Shown: positions 51,770-60,954 of the stretch, piece after piece | Layout of the letters: each line of letters begins with the position of its first letter | How positions within the stretch are numbered: position 1 is the stretch's first letter | Assembly: GCA_037137655.1 (NCBI GenBank) | Contig: JBAXJX010000001.1 | Location: 289,188-353,187, forward strand | DNA: 64,000 bases | From: Candidatus Falkowbacteria bacterium | Lineage (GTDB): Bacteria > Patescibacteriota > Patescibacteriia > Patescibacteriales > UBA12465 | Direction: 5' to 3' | Program-made: the position numbers and the translations under genes | Notes under the pieces: model-generated | What the model saw: only the letters and a program-made list of their open reading frames with translations | What the model was told of the DNA's origin: nothing | The model's database searches: none

Positions 51770-52321
51770 ATGAATAGTGAAGAGCAAAAACTTATCACTG
51801 ATTATTTTTCTGGGGATACCAAATCTCTGGATTTATTGATTGCTAAATATTTAGACGTCGTTTATCGTCTCGTTTTTTGCTATGTGAAAAATGCGGCGGA
51901 TGCTGATGATTTAACCCAAGAAGTTTTTGTAAAAGTTTGGCAGCACCTCAAGAGCTTTGACCAAGCTAAGAGTTTTAAAAATTGGGTGCTAGCGATTGCT
52001 AAAAATACAGCTCTGGATTTTTTGCGGAAGAAAAAAGATTTACCGCTTGCCACCTTTAATGATGAATATGTTGATAATCTTTTAAACACTCTAATTAGCG
52101 CCGAAATTGCGCCGGGTGATTTGCTGGATTTTAATGCGCAAGTTGATACTGTTAAACAGATTCTAGAAGCCAAATCCAGTGATTACTGGAAAATATTTAG
52201 TTTACATAATTTTGGCGGTTTTAATTTTCGCCAAATTGCCTTAAAGACCGGAAAGCCGCTTAATACCATAAAAAGCCAATATCGGCGGGCTTTATTGTTG
52301 ATCAAAAATCAGACGCGCTAG
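51770..52321 (+). CDS. ECF-type RNA polymerase sigma factor (sigma-70 family, group 4)
   Basis: 183 aa. Region 2 DADDLTQEVFVKVWQHLKSF...FKNWVLAIAKNTALDFLRKKK. Region 4 helix-turn-helix near the C-terminus. Confidence 0.9.
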   Translation: MNSEEQKLITDYFSGDTKSLDLLIAKYLDVVYRLVFCYVKNAADADDLTQEVFVKVWQHLKSFDQAKSFKNWVLAIAKNTALDFLRKKKDLPLATFNDEYVDNLLNTLISAEIAPGDLLDFNAQVDTVKQILEAKSSDYWKIFSLHNFGGFNFRQIALKTGKPLNTIKSQYRRALLLIKNQTR

Positions 52322-52408
52322 AAATTAAAATAATTTGCACCAAATTAGCAGCCATTATCGTATTATAGATAGTGGCCTTTTTATTATTTGACCAATAACG
52401 ATAAATTT

Positions 52409-52810
52409 ATGACTAAACAAATCTACGATATTCCAATTCCAGGTGGCTTATTAGACCGTGTGCTTAATCGTGTTCATTACGAAATTGATATCATGGGCGT
52501 GAAAAAGAGAATTGTTTTATTTTCTGTTATTACACTGGCATTGGCCGGTGTCTTTGTCGTCGCCTTAAAATCATTAAATGGACAATTGGCTGTTTCCGGT
52601 TTCTTTTATTTTTCTGCTTTACTATTTTCTGATTCCAAAGTTGTTATGAGTTATTGGCAGAGTTTTTCTTTAGCCTTAATCCAATCATTACCAGTATTTA
52701 CATTGCTATGGACCTTATCGATTTTATTTGCCTTACTTAAATCATTACAATCATTATTAAAAAACGCCGGCGAATCATTAGGATTTTATCGCCACGCTAA
52801 AATTAATTAA
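52409..52810 (+). CDS. Membrane protein, putative anti-sigma factor (by position)
   Basis: 133 aa from ATG 52409. Short cytoplasmic N-terminus, then 3-4 TM helices. Immediately downstream of the ECF sigma gene. Confidence 0.5.
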   Translation: MTKQIYDIPIPGGLLDRVLNRVHYEIDIMGVKKRIVLFSVITLALAGVFVVALKSLNGQLAVSGFFYFSALLFSDSKVVMSYWQSFSLALIQSLPVFTLLWTLSILFALLKSLQSLLKNAGESLGFYRHAKIN

Positions 52811-52826
52811 TATAAATAAAATAAAT

Positions 52827-53342
52827 ATGAACAAAGAAATTATTTTAAAACCTAGAATTCTAAAAATATTAGTTGCTATTATGTTAGCCCTGGTAATTTT
52901 CGCTTTAGCTTTTTCAGCTGGAGTTTTTATTGGTGAACGTAAGGCTCGTTTTTCTTGTGCTAGTGGCGATGCTTATCATCGCAATTTTGGTGCTCGTAAT
53001 AATTTTTTACCAGGAGCAAGATTTGATGTTGGTGAAAAAATTCCAGAAATTAATGATCGCGAATTTATGAATCCAAATGGTGTGTTTGGTAAAATCATAA
53101 AGATTGTAAAAAGTTCTGATATTAATTTGCCATCAGCCATAATTATTTCTAGTCCAAATGGTTTAGAACAAAATGTGTTAATAAGTAGTACAACTAATAT
53201 TAAATTGATGCGCGACGATATCAGTATTGATCAGTTAAAAAATAATGATTTAATTGCGGTAATCGGTGATGACAACTCTGGCCAAATCAGTGCCAAACTT
53301 ATTCGGGTAATGCCAGCCCCACAAGGGTTTAATTTAAAATAA
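52827..53342 (+). CDS. Membrane-anchored hypothetical protein (paralogous C-terminal domain with ORF 57189-57662)
   Basis: 171 aa. N-terminal TM. C-terminal block NDLIAVIGDDNSGQISAKLIRVMP resembles GDIITVMGQKNPDGSYTAQNISLG in ORF 57189. Confidence 0.6.
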   Translation: MNKEIILKPRILKILVAIMLALVIFALAFSAGVFIGERKARFSCASGDAYHRNFGARNNFLPGARFDVGEKIPEINDREFMNPNGVFGKIIKIVKSSDINLPSAIIISSPNGLEQNVLISSTTNIKLMRDDISIDQLKNNDLIAVIGDDNSGQISAKLIRVMPAPQGFNLK

Positions 53343-53384
53343 TTTCTGGATCCCCGCCTGCGCGAGGATGACGGTATAAAATTT

Positions 53385-55196
53385 ATGAACTTTATTAAAC
53401 AACACAAATTTGTAACAGCGCTAGTCTTGTTAATTATTATTGGGGGCTCTTATTATACTTATAGCAAATTAACCGCGACCACAGCGCCAACACGCTATGT
53501 TTTAGAAACGGCTTCTAAGCAAACTTTAATTTCCTCAGTTTCTGGTACTGGGCAAGTTTCTTTACTAAATCAAGTTAATATCACCCCAAAAATTGCGGGT
53601 AGTGGCAGTTCAGCTAATCTATCCGGCAATTTAACAGCTGTTAACGTGGTTAATGGTCAGGCCGTTAAAGCTGGTGATGTGATTGCTAAAATTGATTGCT
53701 CGGACTTAACTAAGCAATTGCGTGATGCTCGTATTTCTTTGGCCAGTGCCCAAGTGAGTATGGCTAAATTAAAACGCGGTTCTACTCCAGCCGACCTTAA
53801 AGCCGCTAATGACAAAGTAGCTTCAGCCCAAAAATCTTTAGCTGACGCCGGGCAAGCTTTAATTGATACGCAAAATCAAAATGTAACCGATTTAAATAAT
53901 AAATATTCTGATGCCGTTACCACTTTAAATGATGCCTATAATAAAGCTAATGATATCGTCACTAACCAAATCAACCCCTTGTTTAAAGATTTGCAAACTG
54001 AAAATCCATCTTTAAATTTTATTACTAGTGATCCACAATTATCGGCTAGCGCTGTTTGGAAGCGTGCCGCTGCTATTAATACTTTGAAAGATTTGAAAAA
54101 TACAGTTAGTGCTTTAAATGGTGATCAAAATTCCATCAATGCGGCGTTAAACACGGCTAATTCAGATTTGGCGACAGTAACTGATTTCTTTAATAATTTA
54201 TCAAACGCGGCCAATAGCGGCGTGGCCACTTTAGATACACCACAAAATACTTTAAATTCTTATGCGGCCAGTGCTAATTCGGCTCGCTCCTCAATTATTG
54301 GTCTAAGTAATAATATTACTGCCGCCCAAAGAGCTATCACCAATCAAATTACCACCAACAAAAATAACATCACCGCGGCTAACCAAAAAATTTCTAATGC
54401 CAACGATTCTTTAACTCAGGCCAAGGATAATTTGAGTACCATGCAAGCCGGACCGGATTCTTTTGATGTTAAAAGTCAGCAAATTTCCTTACAACAAAGA
54501 ATAAATGCTGTGACTGATATCGAACAAAATTTAGGCGATTGTACAATTAAAGCACCATTTGACGGTGTAGTTTCCACTATTAATTTTCAAGTTGGTGACG
54601 CTGTGACTAGTGCTAGTAATATTACCACTTTGTTAACTACGCAAAAAATTGCTTCCATTACTTTAAATGAGGTCGATGTGGCTAAAATTAAAATCGGCCA
54701 AAAAGCGACTTTAACCTTTGATGCTTTACCAGATTTGTCTCTAGCGGGAACAGTTAATGCGATTGATGCGATTGGTACGGTTAGTCAGGGTGTGGTTACT
54801 TATGGTGTAAAGATTTCACTTGATTCGCAAGATGACCGTGTTAAGGCTGGGATGACTGTGGCCGCTTCAATTATCACTGAAGTTCATGCTGATGTTTTAG
54901 CAGTTTCCACTGGATCAGTTAAACAAAATACTAATGGCGATTCATACGTTTTAATAATTGATAATCCAATCACCACGTCTGGTGTACAAGGCGTAACTAC
55001 TGCCACTAGTACTCGCGAGCAGATCGTGACTACTGGTGCCTCAACCGATGCACTCGTAGAAATTATTTCCGGCTTAAATGATGGCGACTCTGTGGTTTCT
55101 AAAACCGTATCATCAGTAAGTGCAAGTAAAAAAACCACTAGCGCCTCAGCTACCAGCTTGTTAGGTGGCGGCGGTGGCGGCGGTTTTGGCCGCTAA
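53385..55196 (+). CDS. Membrane-fusion (HlyD/MacA-like) periplasmic-adaptor-type protein with a long coiled-coil insertion
   Basis: 603 aa. N-terminal TM. Lipoyl-like halves (GQAVKAGDVIAKID ... CTIKAPFDGVVSTINFQVGDAV) are split by ~270 aa of N/A/T/Q-rich helix. Gly-rich tail GGGGGGFGR. Confidence 0.85.
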   Translation: MNFIKQHKFVTALVLLIIIGGSYYTYSKLTATTAPTRYVLETASKQTLISSVSGTGQVSLLNQVNITPKIAGSGSSANLSGNLTAVNVVNGQAVKAGDVIAKIDCSDLTKQLRDARISLASAQVSMAKLKRGSTPADLKAANDKVASAQKSLADAGQALIDTQNQNVTDLNNKYSDAVTTLNDAYNKANDIVTNQINPLFKDLQTENPSLNFITSDPQLSASAVWKRAAAINTLKDLKNTVSALNGDQNSINAALNTANSDLATVTDFFNNLSNAANSGVATLDTPQNTLNSYAASANSARSSIIGLSNNITAAQRAITNQITTNKNNITAANQKISNANDSLTQAKDNLSTMQAGPDSFDVKSQQISLQQRINAVTDIEQNLGDCTIKAPFDGVVSTINFQVGDAVTSASNITTLLTTQKIASITLNEVDVAKIKIGQKATLTFDALPDLSLAGTVNAIDAIGTVSQGVVTYGVKISLDSQDDRVKAGMTVAASIITEVHADVLAVSTGSVKQNTNGDSYVLIIDNPITTSGVQGVTTATSTREQIVTTGASTDALVEIISGLNDGDSVVSKTVSSVSASKKTTSASATSLLGGGGGGGFGR

Positions 55197-55227
55197 TTAA
55201 GTTGGTGTTGATAAACTAAAATTTATT

Positions 55228-55929
55228 ATGATTGAATGTAAAGATATTAAAAAAGTTTATAAAAGTTTTAATGTGGAAACTGAAGCTTTAAAAGGAATCA
55301 GCTTTACAATAAAAGATGGTGAGTTTGTAGCAATTATGGGCTCATCTGGCTCAGGTAAATCAACCTTAATGCACATTCTTGGTGCGCTCGATTCACCGAC
55401 TGGCGGAACTTATCTTTTGGATGGTCATGATGTTTCTAAAATGTCCGAGGATGAACTAGCCACTATTCGTGGTGAAAGAATTGGTTTTGTTTTTCAATCC
55501 TTTAATCTTTTACCGCGGGCCACTGTTTTACGTAATGTGATGTTACCACTTATTTATGATGGCACTAAAAGATCGGAACGGGAAGGGCGCGCTCGAGAAG
55601 CTTTAAAAGCGGCTGGATTACCAGAAGATCGTTTTTTACACCTTTCCAATCAATTATCTGGTGGTCAAATTCAACGCGTGGCGATTGCCCGCGCCTTAGT
55701 TAATAATCCAACTTTGATTTTGGCGGATGAACCAACTGGTAATTTAGATAGTAAAACCGGAGAAATCGTTTTAGCAACCTTTGAGAGGTTAAATCGAGAG
55801 CATGGAAAAACAATTGTGCTAATTACGCACGAACCAGATGTTGCTGTTCATGCCGACCGGATTATTATTATTAAGGATGGTGAAATAATTGAAGATAAAA
55901 TTAATACAAAAAAAGTTAAATCTAAATAA
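55228..55929 (+). CDS. ABC transporter ATP-binding protein (MacB/LolD-type)
   Basis: 233 aa. GSSGSGKST, LSGGQIQRVAIARAL, ILADEPTGNLD. Confidence 0.95.
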   Translation: MIECKDIKKVYKSFNVETEALKGISFTIKDGEFVAIMGSSGSGKSTLMHILGALDSPTGGTYLLDGHDVSKMSEDELATIRGERIGFVFQSFNLLPRATVLRNVMLPLIYDGTKRSEREGRAREALKAAGLPEDRFLHLSNQLSGGQIQRVAIARALVNNPTLILADEPTGNLDSKTGEIVLATFERLNREHGKTIVLITHEPDVAVHADRIIIIKDGEIIEDKINTKKVKSK

Positions 55930-55931
55930 AT

Positions 55932-57155
55932 ATGAAAATTTACGATATTTTAGACGAAACATTTTCCGCTTTACTCAGTAATAAAGTTCGTTCTAGTTTG
56001 ACCGTGCTTGGTATTGTGATTGGTATTTCTTCAGTTATTTCCATGTTGGCGATTGGTAATGGCACTAAGACTTCAATTGAATCCAGTATTCAATCAATTG
56101 GTTCTAACTTATTAGTGGTTATGCCGGGAGCACAACGTGTTCCAGGAGCATCAGTTAGTGCTGGTCGCGGCTCGTCTCGAACTTTAATTTCTGAAGATGC
56201 TACAGCAATAAGTTCTTCGGTTTCCAATATTAAAGCCTTATCGGCTGATGTTTCTGGCCGCTATCAAGTAACAGCTAAAGGCACTAACACTAATACGAGC
56301 ATTACTGGCACAACTGCCTCTTATGCTGATATTAGAAATGTAGCAATTGACTCTGGTCGCTTCATAAGTGATCAAGATGTTAAAAGCTACTCCAAAGTAG
56401 CTACTTTGGGCGCAACTACAGCCACTGATTTGTTTGCGACCGGCACCAATCCAATTGGTCAAGTTATTAGAATTAAGCAATTAGAATTTACAGTTATTGG
56501 TGTGGCAGCGGCGAAAGGTGGTTCTGGTCCAAGCAGTCAAGATGATTCTATCTATATCCCAGTTTCTACTGCACAAAGATTTTTAAGCGGTGGTAATTAC
56601 TTAAGTGATATTTCAGTTTCAGTGACCGACTCCAGTTTAATGACAACTGTTCAGAGCGATATTTCGGATTTATTATTAGTGCGACATAAAATTACTGATT
56701 CGACTAAAGCTGATTTTAGTATTATGAATCAAGCTGATATTTTAAGTACAGCCTCTAACATCACTGGAATTTTAACAGCTCTACTAGGATCGATTGCTGG
56801 AATATCTTTGGTGGTTGGTGGAATTGGTATTATGAATATGATGTTAATGACCGTTACTGAAAGAACTCGGGAAATTGGTTTACGCAAAGCGATTGGGGCT
56901 AAGCGTCGTGATGTGAGTACACAATTTTTAGTTGAAGCTATTGTTTTAACTATGTTCAGCGGGGTAATTGGCATTTTGTTAGGGTGGGGAATTTCTTGGG
57001 CGGTAACGACTTTTGCTTCCATTACCACCACGATTACTATGTCTTCAGTTTTAATGGCTTTTGGTACTTCAACTGTTATTGGTATAATCTTTGGTTATTA
57101 TCCAGCCCGGCGCGCCTCAGCCTTAAATCCAATTGACGCTTTAAGATACGAATAG
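55932..57155 (+). CDS. ABC transporter permease (MacB_PCD + FtsX domains)
   Basis: 407 aa. TM1, a ~230-aa extracytoplasmic domain, then three C-terminal TM helices with REIGLRKAIGA. Confidence 0.93.
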   Translation: MKIYDILDETFSALLSNKVRSSLTVLGIVIGISSVISMLAIGNGTKTSIESSIQSIGSNLLVVMPGAQRVPGASVSAGRGSSRTLISEDATAISSSVSNIKALSADVSGRYQVTAKGTNTNTSITGTTASYADIRNVAIDSGRFISDQDVKSYSKVATLGATTATDLFATGTNPIGQVIRIKQLEFTVIGVAAAKGGSGPSSQDDSIYIPVSTAQRFLSGGNYLSDISVSVTDSSLMTTVQSDISDLLLVRHKITDSTKADFSIMNQADILSTASNITGILTALLGSIAGISLVVGGIGIMNMMLMTVTERTREIGLRKAIGAKRRDVSTQFLVEAIVLTMFSGVIGILLGWGISWAVTTFASITTTITMSSVLMAFGTSTVIGIIFGYYPARRASALNPIDALRYE

Positions 57156-57188
57156 TTTATTAATATAATTATAATTAACAAGAAAAAT

Positions 57189-57662
57189 ATGAACAAAAAA
57201 ACAAATTTAATTGGTGGCGCAATTCTAATCGCCGTAATAATGTTTGCGGCTGGCTACGAAACAGCCAACATAAAAAATCCTAAATCAAATAATTTAGGGA
57301 ATCCGGGTACTAATTTTTCCAATAACATGACTGGCGGTCCCGGTCGCGGCACTCAGGGATCTCAAAGTGGTTCTCGTCGCACCGGTTTTGCTGGTGGTGT
57401 GAGCGGTGATATTTTATCAGTTGATGATCAAGGCTTCACAATTAATAATGCTAGTAGCGGTTCAGCAATTATTTTTATTAGTCCGGCCACAAAAATGGAG
57501 AAGAGAGTTGAAGTTGCTAAAACTGACTTTAAAATTGGCGACATAATCACGGTTATGGGTCAAAAAAATCCTGACGGTAGTTACACGGCACAAAATATTA
57601 GCTTGGGCGCCGGTGGTTTTGGCGCTCGTCCAAATACTCCAAGTAGCACCCCGACAAAATAA
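57189..57662 (+). CDS. Membrane-anchored hypothetical protein, Gly-rich
   Basis: 157 aa. N-terminal TM, G/S/N-rich linker, small beta-rich domain. Last gene of the efflux operon. Confidence 0.6.
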   Translation: MNKKTNLIGGAILIAVIMFAAGYETANIKNPKSNNLGNPGTNFSNNMTGGPGRGTQGSQSGSRRTGFAGGVSGDILSVDDQGFTINNASSGSAIIFISPATKMEKRVEVAKTDFKIGDIITVMGQKNPDGSYTAQNISLGAGGFGARPNTPSSTPTK

Positions 57663-57678
57663 GTAAGAATAAAATTTT

Positions 57679-57727
57679 AAGGCTTGCCAACCCCAATTTA
57701 GGGGAATTGGCAAGCCTTATTTTTTTA
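57679..57727 (+). terminator. Strong rho-independent terminator
   Basis: aaggcttgccaa(c)cccc aattta gggg(a)attggcaagcctt followed by a T-run. Confidence 0.9.
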
Positions 57728-57778
57728 AACAAATTGGCTAAAAATAGCCAAAAGTGATAAAAAAACAGATAAAAATGC

Positions 57779-57807
57779 TTGACAAGATTTGTAGTTCATG
57801 TTAAAAT
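57779..57807 (+). promoter_or_regulatory. Sigma70 promoter TTGACA-N17-TAAAAT
   Basis: ttgaca 57779-57784; taaaat 57802-57807. Confidence 0.65.
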
Positions 57808-57862
57808 AGCTTGCATTGTTTCATAATTATGCTAGGATTTTTATTCCCCTTAATATTAAACT

Positions 57863-58390
57863 ATGAATTTATCAAAAAGTAGAAAAGTAATTTTAATGTT
57901 AGCTGTTACGATTTGGATCGCAAGTCCGAGTCTAGCACTAGCTAGCGCTATCAACTCAGTCGAGTCAAGTACTCCAAAGGTACAAGATGTTGTGGCTGAT
58001 GATAGCGATCCTGGTAGTAGCATCGGGGTTTCTGAAAAGAAAACCCCGGCCCCATATGTTCAGCCAAAATATTCAGTCGTAAGCATTAGTAATCACATGG
58101 CAACTGCCTACACTTCGGAAGCAGCCCAAACTGATAGTGATCCTTGTACGGCAGCCAGTGGTTTTAATTTGTGTCAACATGGAATCGAAGATTCTATTGC
58201 GGCTAATTTTTTACCACTTGGTGCTAAAGTACGAATTCCAGATTTGTTTGGTGATCGTGTCTTTACAGTCAGAGACAGAATGAATGCTCGTTTTAGTAAT
58301 CGGATTGATGTCTGGTTTAAAAATAAACGAGATGCAATCAACTTCGGTATTAAAAATGTTAAAATCGAAATTGTCGAAGAAAACAAATAA
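57863..58390 (+). CDS. Secreted 3D-domain protein (MltA/RlpA-like double-psi beta-barrel; cell-wall associated)
   Basis: 175 aa. Signal peptide ...SPSLALASA. ATAYTSEAAQTDSDPCTAASG...GAKVRIPDLFGDRVFTVRDRMNARFSNRIDVWF. Confidence 0.8.
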   Translation: MNLSKSRKVILMLAVTIWIASPSLALASAINSVESSTPKVQDVVADDSDPGSSIGVSEKKTPAPYVQPKYSVVSISNHMATAYTSEAAQTDSDPCTAASGFNLCQHGIEDSIAANFLPLGAKVRIPDLFGDRVFTVRDRMNARFSNRIDVWFKNKRDAINFGIKNVKIEIVEENK

Positions 58391-58393
58391 TAA

Positions 58394-58426
58394 AAAAGAC
58401 CTCGAATTTACCGGGGTCTTTTTTTG
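58394..58426 (+). terminator. Rho-independent terminator
   Basis: aagacctcg aattta c cggggtctt followed by tttttt. Confidence 0.8.
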
Positions 58427-58466
58427 TGCTATTATAAAGTTACTTAAGTATTAATAAATAAAAACT

Positions 58467-59237
58467 ATGGAAAACAAAAATCGTTTAGTTTTAGCAATGG
58501 GGGCACTTGGTTTAAGCTTGATCGTGGCGACCGCTCTTGGCGCCTTTGTTTTTTACAAAGTAAAATCAAGTGAGGGTAGTGTTTTAAGTGTGACTGGCTC
58601 AGCTGATCAAATTATCAGTTCAGATACAGTTAAGTGGACTAGTGCTTTTTCCCGGAATGTAGCCCCAGATAAATTAAAAGATGGTAATGTGCAAATAGCC
58701 ACCGATTTAAAAACTATCATGGCTTATTTTAAACAATCTGGAGTAGCTGATAATGAAATAACAGTTAACCCGGTAACTATCAGTCCGTTGTGTGACTCAC
58801 AAAATAACGTTATATACGACAAGACTGGTAATCCAAATTGTGCTGGTAACAATATTTCTGGTTATTCTTTGCAAGAGTCAATTATTGTTGAGTCGTCTCG
58901 CGTTAACGATATCACTGACTTAACTAGAAAATCGTCTGACTATTTAATTGCTAAAGGTTTAGTTTTTTCCACTCAATCACTCGAATACTATTATAATAAA
59001 TTAGCTGATTTACGTTTAGAGTTATTAACTAAGGCGACGGAAAACGCTAAAGAGCGCGCAACCAGAATTGCTCAAAGCACCGGAGCAAAGATTAATTTCT
59101 TACAATCAGCTGCTACTGGCGTTTTTCAAGTCACAGCTAAAAACTCCGTTGATGTTTCTGATTATGGTGTTTATGATACCACTTCTATTGATAAAAAAAT
59201 CACCGCTGTAGTTAAAGCCTCATTCTCTTTAAAATAA
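58467..59237 (+). CDS. SIMPL (DUF541) domain protein, membrane anchored
   Basis: 256 aa. N-terminal TM. The two-lobed pattern (VTGSA... and ...TGVFQVTAKNS) and the size fit the SIMPL family. Confidence 0.7.
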   Translation: MENKNRLVLAMGALGLSLIVATALGAFVFYKVKSSEGSVLSVTGSADQIISSDTVKWTSAFSRNVAPDKLKDGNVQIATDLKTIMAYFKQSGVADNEITVNPVTISPLCDSQNNVIYDKTGNPNCAGNNISGYSLQESIIVESSRVNDITDLTRKSSDYLIAKGLVFSTQSLEYYYNKLADLRLELLTKATENAKERATRIAQSTGAKINFLQSAATGVFQVTAKNSVDVSDYGVYDTTSIDKKITAVVKASFSLK

Positions 59238-59251
59238 TAAAAGAATCATTT

Positions 59252-59278
59252 AAAGGCCCTTCACAAAAGGGCTTTTTT
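59252..59278 (+). terminator. Rho-independent terminator
   Basis: aaaggccctt cacaa aagggctttt, continuing into a T-run. Confidence 0.8.
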
Positions 59279-59279
59279 A

Positions 59280-59288
59280 TGTTATAGT
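59280..59288 (+). promoter_or_regulatory. Extended -10 TGtTATAGT, 7 nt before the ATG (leaderless-type)
   Basis: tgttatagt 59280-59288; ATG at 59296. Confidence 0.45.
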
Positions 59289-59295
59289 TAGTGGT

Positions 59296-60489
59296 ATGGA
59301 AGATAATTATAAAAACCTACCGTTGGCCACTTTTTTGCGACCACAAAGCTTAGATGATTTTATCGGACACGACAATGTCGTTGGTGCGAATAGTTTTTTG
59401 CGTCAAATGATAAATAGTGACCAAATTTCGTCTTTAGTTTTTTGGGGACCACCTGGAACCGGTAAAACCACCCTAGCTTTAATCATTGCCAAAGCGACCA
59501 AATCAGAATTCAAACAGATCAGCGCCGTTAATAGCGGTGTAAAAGATTTAAAGGAAATTATTCATGGCGCCGAAGCTGATTTACGTTTTGGTAAAAAAAC
59601 CATTTTATTTGTAGATGAGATTCATCGTTGGAATAAAGCCCAACAAGATGCGCTTCTGCCAGAAATTGAAAGTGGTAAAATCACCTTAATTGGTGCGACC
59701 ACTGAAAATCCAAGCTTCGCTTTAAACTCGGCGCTTTTGTCGCGTGTTAAAGTTATTGTTTTAAAATCTTTAAGCAGTGATGATTTAGGGAAGATTATTA
59801 AAAATGCCGCTAAGGTTTTAAAGGTTAAACTTGATAAAAAAATTACCGCTTTGATTGCGCGCTTTGCCGATGGTGATGCTCGGGTCGCTATAAATATTTT
59901 AGATAATTGTGCTCGAAAATCTAAAGACATCACCTTGGAAAGTGTTAAGGATATTATTAATAATCCTAATTTACTGTACGACAAAAAGGGTGATGAACAT
60001 TACAATATTATTTCCGCTCTCCATAAATCTATGCGCGGCGGCGATGCGGCTGCGGCGGTTTATTGGATGACACGGATGTTGGAGGGCGGAGAAGATCCGT
60101 TGTATGTAGCGCGGCGAATGTGGCGTTTTGCCAGTGAGGATATTGGTTTAGCTAATAACAGTGCCACAATGTTAGCCGGAACAGTTTTTGATGCCTGTAA
60201 AAATATTGGCATGCCAGAATGTGCGGTGCACCTATCTCATCTTGCTATTTATTTGGCGAAGTCACCTAAAAGTGTTGTGGCTTATGATGCTTATAACATA
60301 GCTAAAGAAGAAATCGCTAAAAGTGGTGCTTTGCCAGTACCAATTCATCTGCGTAATGCCCCGACTAATTTTATGAAGGATTTGGGTTATGGTAAAGATT
60401 ATAAATACACGCCTAAAGTTGATAGTAGTGAGCAAGAATACTTACCACCAGAAATGAAAAATTCTAAATTAAGGAAGCTAATTAAATAA
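59296..60489 (+). CDS. rarA: Replication-associated recombination protein A (AAA+ ATPase RarA/MgsA)
   Basis: 397 aa. FWGPPGTGKTTLA, LFVDEIHRWNKAQQD, GATTENP; C-terminal MgsA_C region (HYNIISALHKSMRGGD). Confidence 0.93.
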   Translation: MEDNYKNLPLATFLRPQSLDDFIGHDNVVGANSFLRQMINSDQISSLVFWGPPGTGKTTLALIIAKATKSEFKQISAVNSGVKDLKEIIHGAEADLRFGKKTILFVDEIHRWNKAQQDALLPEIESGKITLIGATTENPSFALNSALLSRVKVIVLKSLSSDDLGKIIKNAAKVLKVKLDKKITALIARFADGDARVAINILDNCARKSKDITLESVKDIINNPNLLYDKKGDEHYNIISALHKSMRGGDAAAAVYWMTRMLEGGEDPLYVARRMWRFASEDIGLANNSATMLAGTVFDACKNIGMPECAVHLSHLAIYLAKSPKSVVAYDAYNIAKEEIAKSGALPVPIHLRNAPTNFMKDLGYGKDYKYTPKVDSSEQEYLPPEMKNSKLRKLIK

Positions 60490-60491
60490 TT

Positions 60492-60953
60492 ATGTTAGAT
60501 ATTATAATCATTGCCTTGGGAAAGGTTAAAGAATCTTATTGGCTAGAAGCTGCTAATGAGTACTTGAAGCGTTTAAAGCCTTATGCTAGGCTCAAGGTCG
60601 TGGAATTGGCGCCAGAAGCTTTTGATAAGTCAAATGCGACCAGCGCTAAGCAAAAAGAAGCGGCTAAAATTTCTAATGTTTTAGCTAAATATCCTGATGC
60701 CACCGTTTTTCTACTTGATGAACGCGGCGCGGAAATGACTTCGGTGCAATTTTCACAGCAACTTGATAAAAATTCTGGACCCCTAGTCTTCGTGATTGGT
60801 GGGTCTTTAGGCATGAGCCAGGACTTATTAGATAAGTATCAAAAAATTGCCTTATCAAAATTAACTTTTCTCCATGAAGCGGCGCGCGTAATATTATTAG
60901 AGCAAATTTATCGCGGCGTCACTATTATTAAGGGAAAAGATTATCATCACTAA
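60492..60953 (+). CDS. rlmH: 23S rRNA (pseudouridine1915-N3)-methyltransferase RlmH
   Basis: 153 aa. SPOUT fold: LLDERGAEMTSVQFSQQL, LVFVIGGSLGMS, LSKLTFLHEAARVILLEQIYR. Confidence 0.93.
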   Translation: MLDIIIIALGKVKESYWLEAANEYLKRLKPYARLKVVELAPEAFDKSNATSAKQKEAAKISNVLAKYPDATVFLLDERGAEMTSVQFSQQLDKNSGPLVFVIGGSLGMSQDLLDKYQKIALSKLTFLHEAARVILLEQIYRGVTIIKGKDYHH

Positions 60954-60954
60954 A

